DNA of 64,000 bases from an uncultured delta proteobacterium (GTDB taxonomy: Bacteria > Myxococcota_A > Polyangia > Fen-1088). Where the stretch lies: the NCBI GenBank assembly GCA_963737265.1, contig CAVTRY010000018.1, positions 224,001-288,000 of the forward strand, in the 5' to 3' direction. The notes under the pieces are model-generated. The model ran no database searches, was not told the DNA's origin, and was given only the letters and a program-made list of their open reading frames with translations. How positions within the stretch are numbered: position 1 is the stretch's first letter; each line of letters starts with the position of its first letter. The position numbers and the translations under genes are program-made. Positions 63,722 through 64,000 of the stretch are shown here, in pieces.

Positions 63722-64000
63722 CAGGGTCATCGCATCATCCCACATCGGGTTGGGCCATGAGGACTTGCAGAATGAAGTCCTGATCCCATGCCGCGCGCAT
63801 TCGGCGAAGCCTGATGCTGAGCTTGCAGTCTTTGACTGATTTGAGGAGGTTGAGTGAGATGTGGCGCATCACTGCAAAGTTCTGGGCGGCGTTGCCGGCG
63901 CGAACACGGCATTCGTCCTCACGGAAAGTGACGTCGAGAACCCAGTGCAATTCATTTTCGATTCCCCAGTGCTTCCGAGCGGCGTCGAGAGCGGCATCTG
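63722..64000 (-). mobile_element. ISAs1-family insertion sequence, 3' end, abutting the array
   Basis: Terminus CAGGGTCATCGCATCA at 63722; the transposase stop codon lies just inside it. Confidence 0.85.
63735..64000 (-). CDS. ISAs1-family transposase, C-terminal part (continues beyond the window)
   Basis: RKHWGIENELHWVLDVTFREDECR..GNAAQNF signature. Confidence 0.95.
   Translation of the reverse strand, partial: DAALDAARKHWGIENELHWVLDVTFREDECRVRAGNAAQNFAVMRHISLNLLKSVKDCKLSIRLRRMRAAWDQDFILQVLMAQPDVG

Noticed and set aside
61526-63783. Many long ORFs across the CRISPR array
   Set aside because: Artefacts of translating a stop-poor 61-bp periodic repeat.

Overview
GC-rich bacterial chromosome segment. 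Gene content suggests Myxococcota, probably Polyangia-like and possibly anaerobic (inference): a mevalonate operon, an ECF/FecR pair, a Hanks Ser/Thr kinase, a ~3,700-aa TPR protein, GH6/GH31 lipoproteins and HydG. From left to right: an IS3 end inserted in an oxidoreductase gene; a zinc ADH; the mevalonate operon (fni-mvk-mvaD-pmk-hmgR); an ECF sigma/FecR anti-sigma pair divergent from a lipoprotein + GH6 cellulase; a decayed mosaic (truncated kinase, UPF0175/DUF3368 pseudogenes); ABC-F; GH31-PA14; hom; the rimP-nusA-ylxR-infB-DUF503-rbfA-truB operon; a REC-GGDEF/CheX/CheY module; hydG; a giant TPR gene; an XPB-like helicase/DUF790 pair; YceI; a GT-C-like membrane protein; a diadenylate cyclase; hisS; and a WYL-headed type I-E CRISPR-Cas locus. 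In that locus cas3 and cas8e survive only as short 3' remnants, cas11/7/5/6/1/2 are intact, and a 36-repeat array is cut by an ISAs1 element. The two strongest leads are (1) an anti-sigma sensor domain that appears homologous to the C-terminal domain of the divergently encoded lipoprotein, suggesting a polysaccharide-sensing ECF circuit, and (2) the interference-deleted but otherwise intact I-E system. Several conserved genes carry single-base insertions that look like sequencing errors. All calls come from motif recognition by eye; no searches were run.
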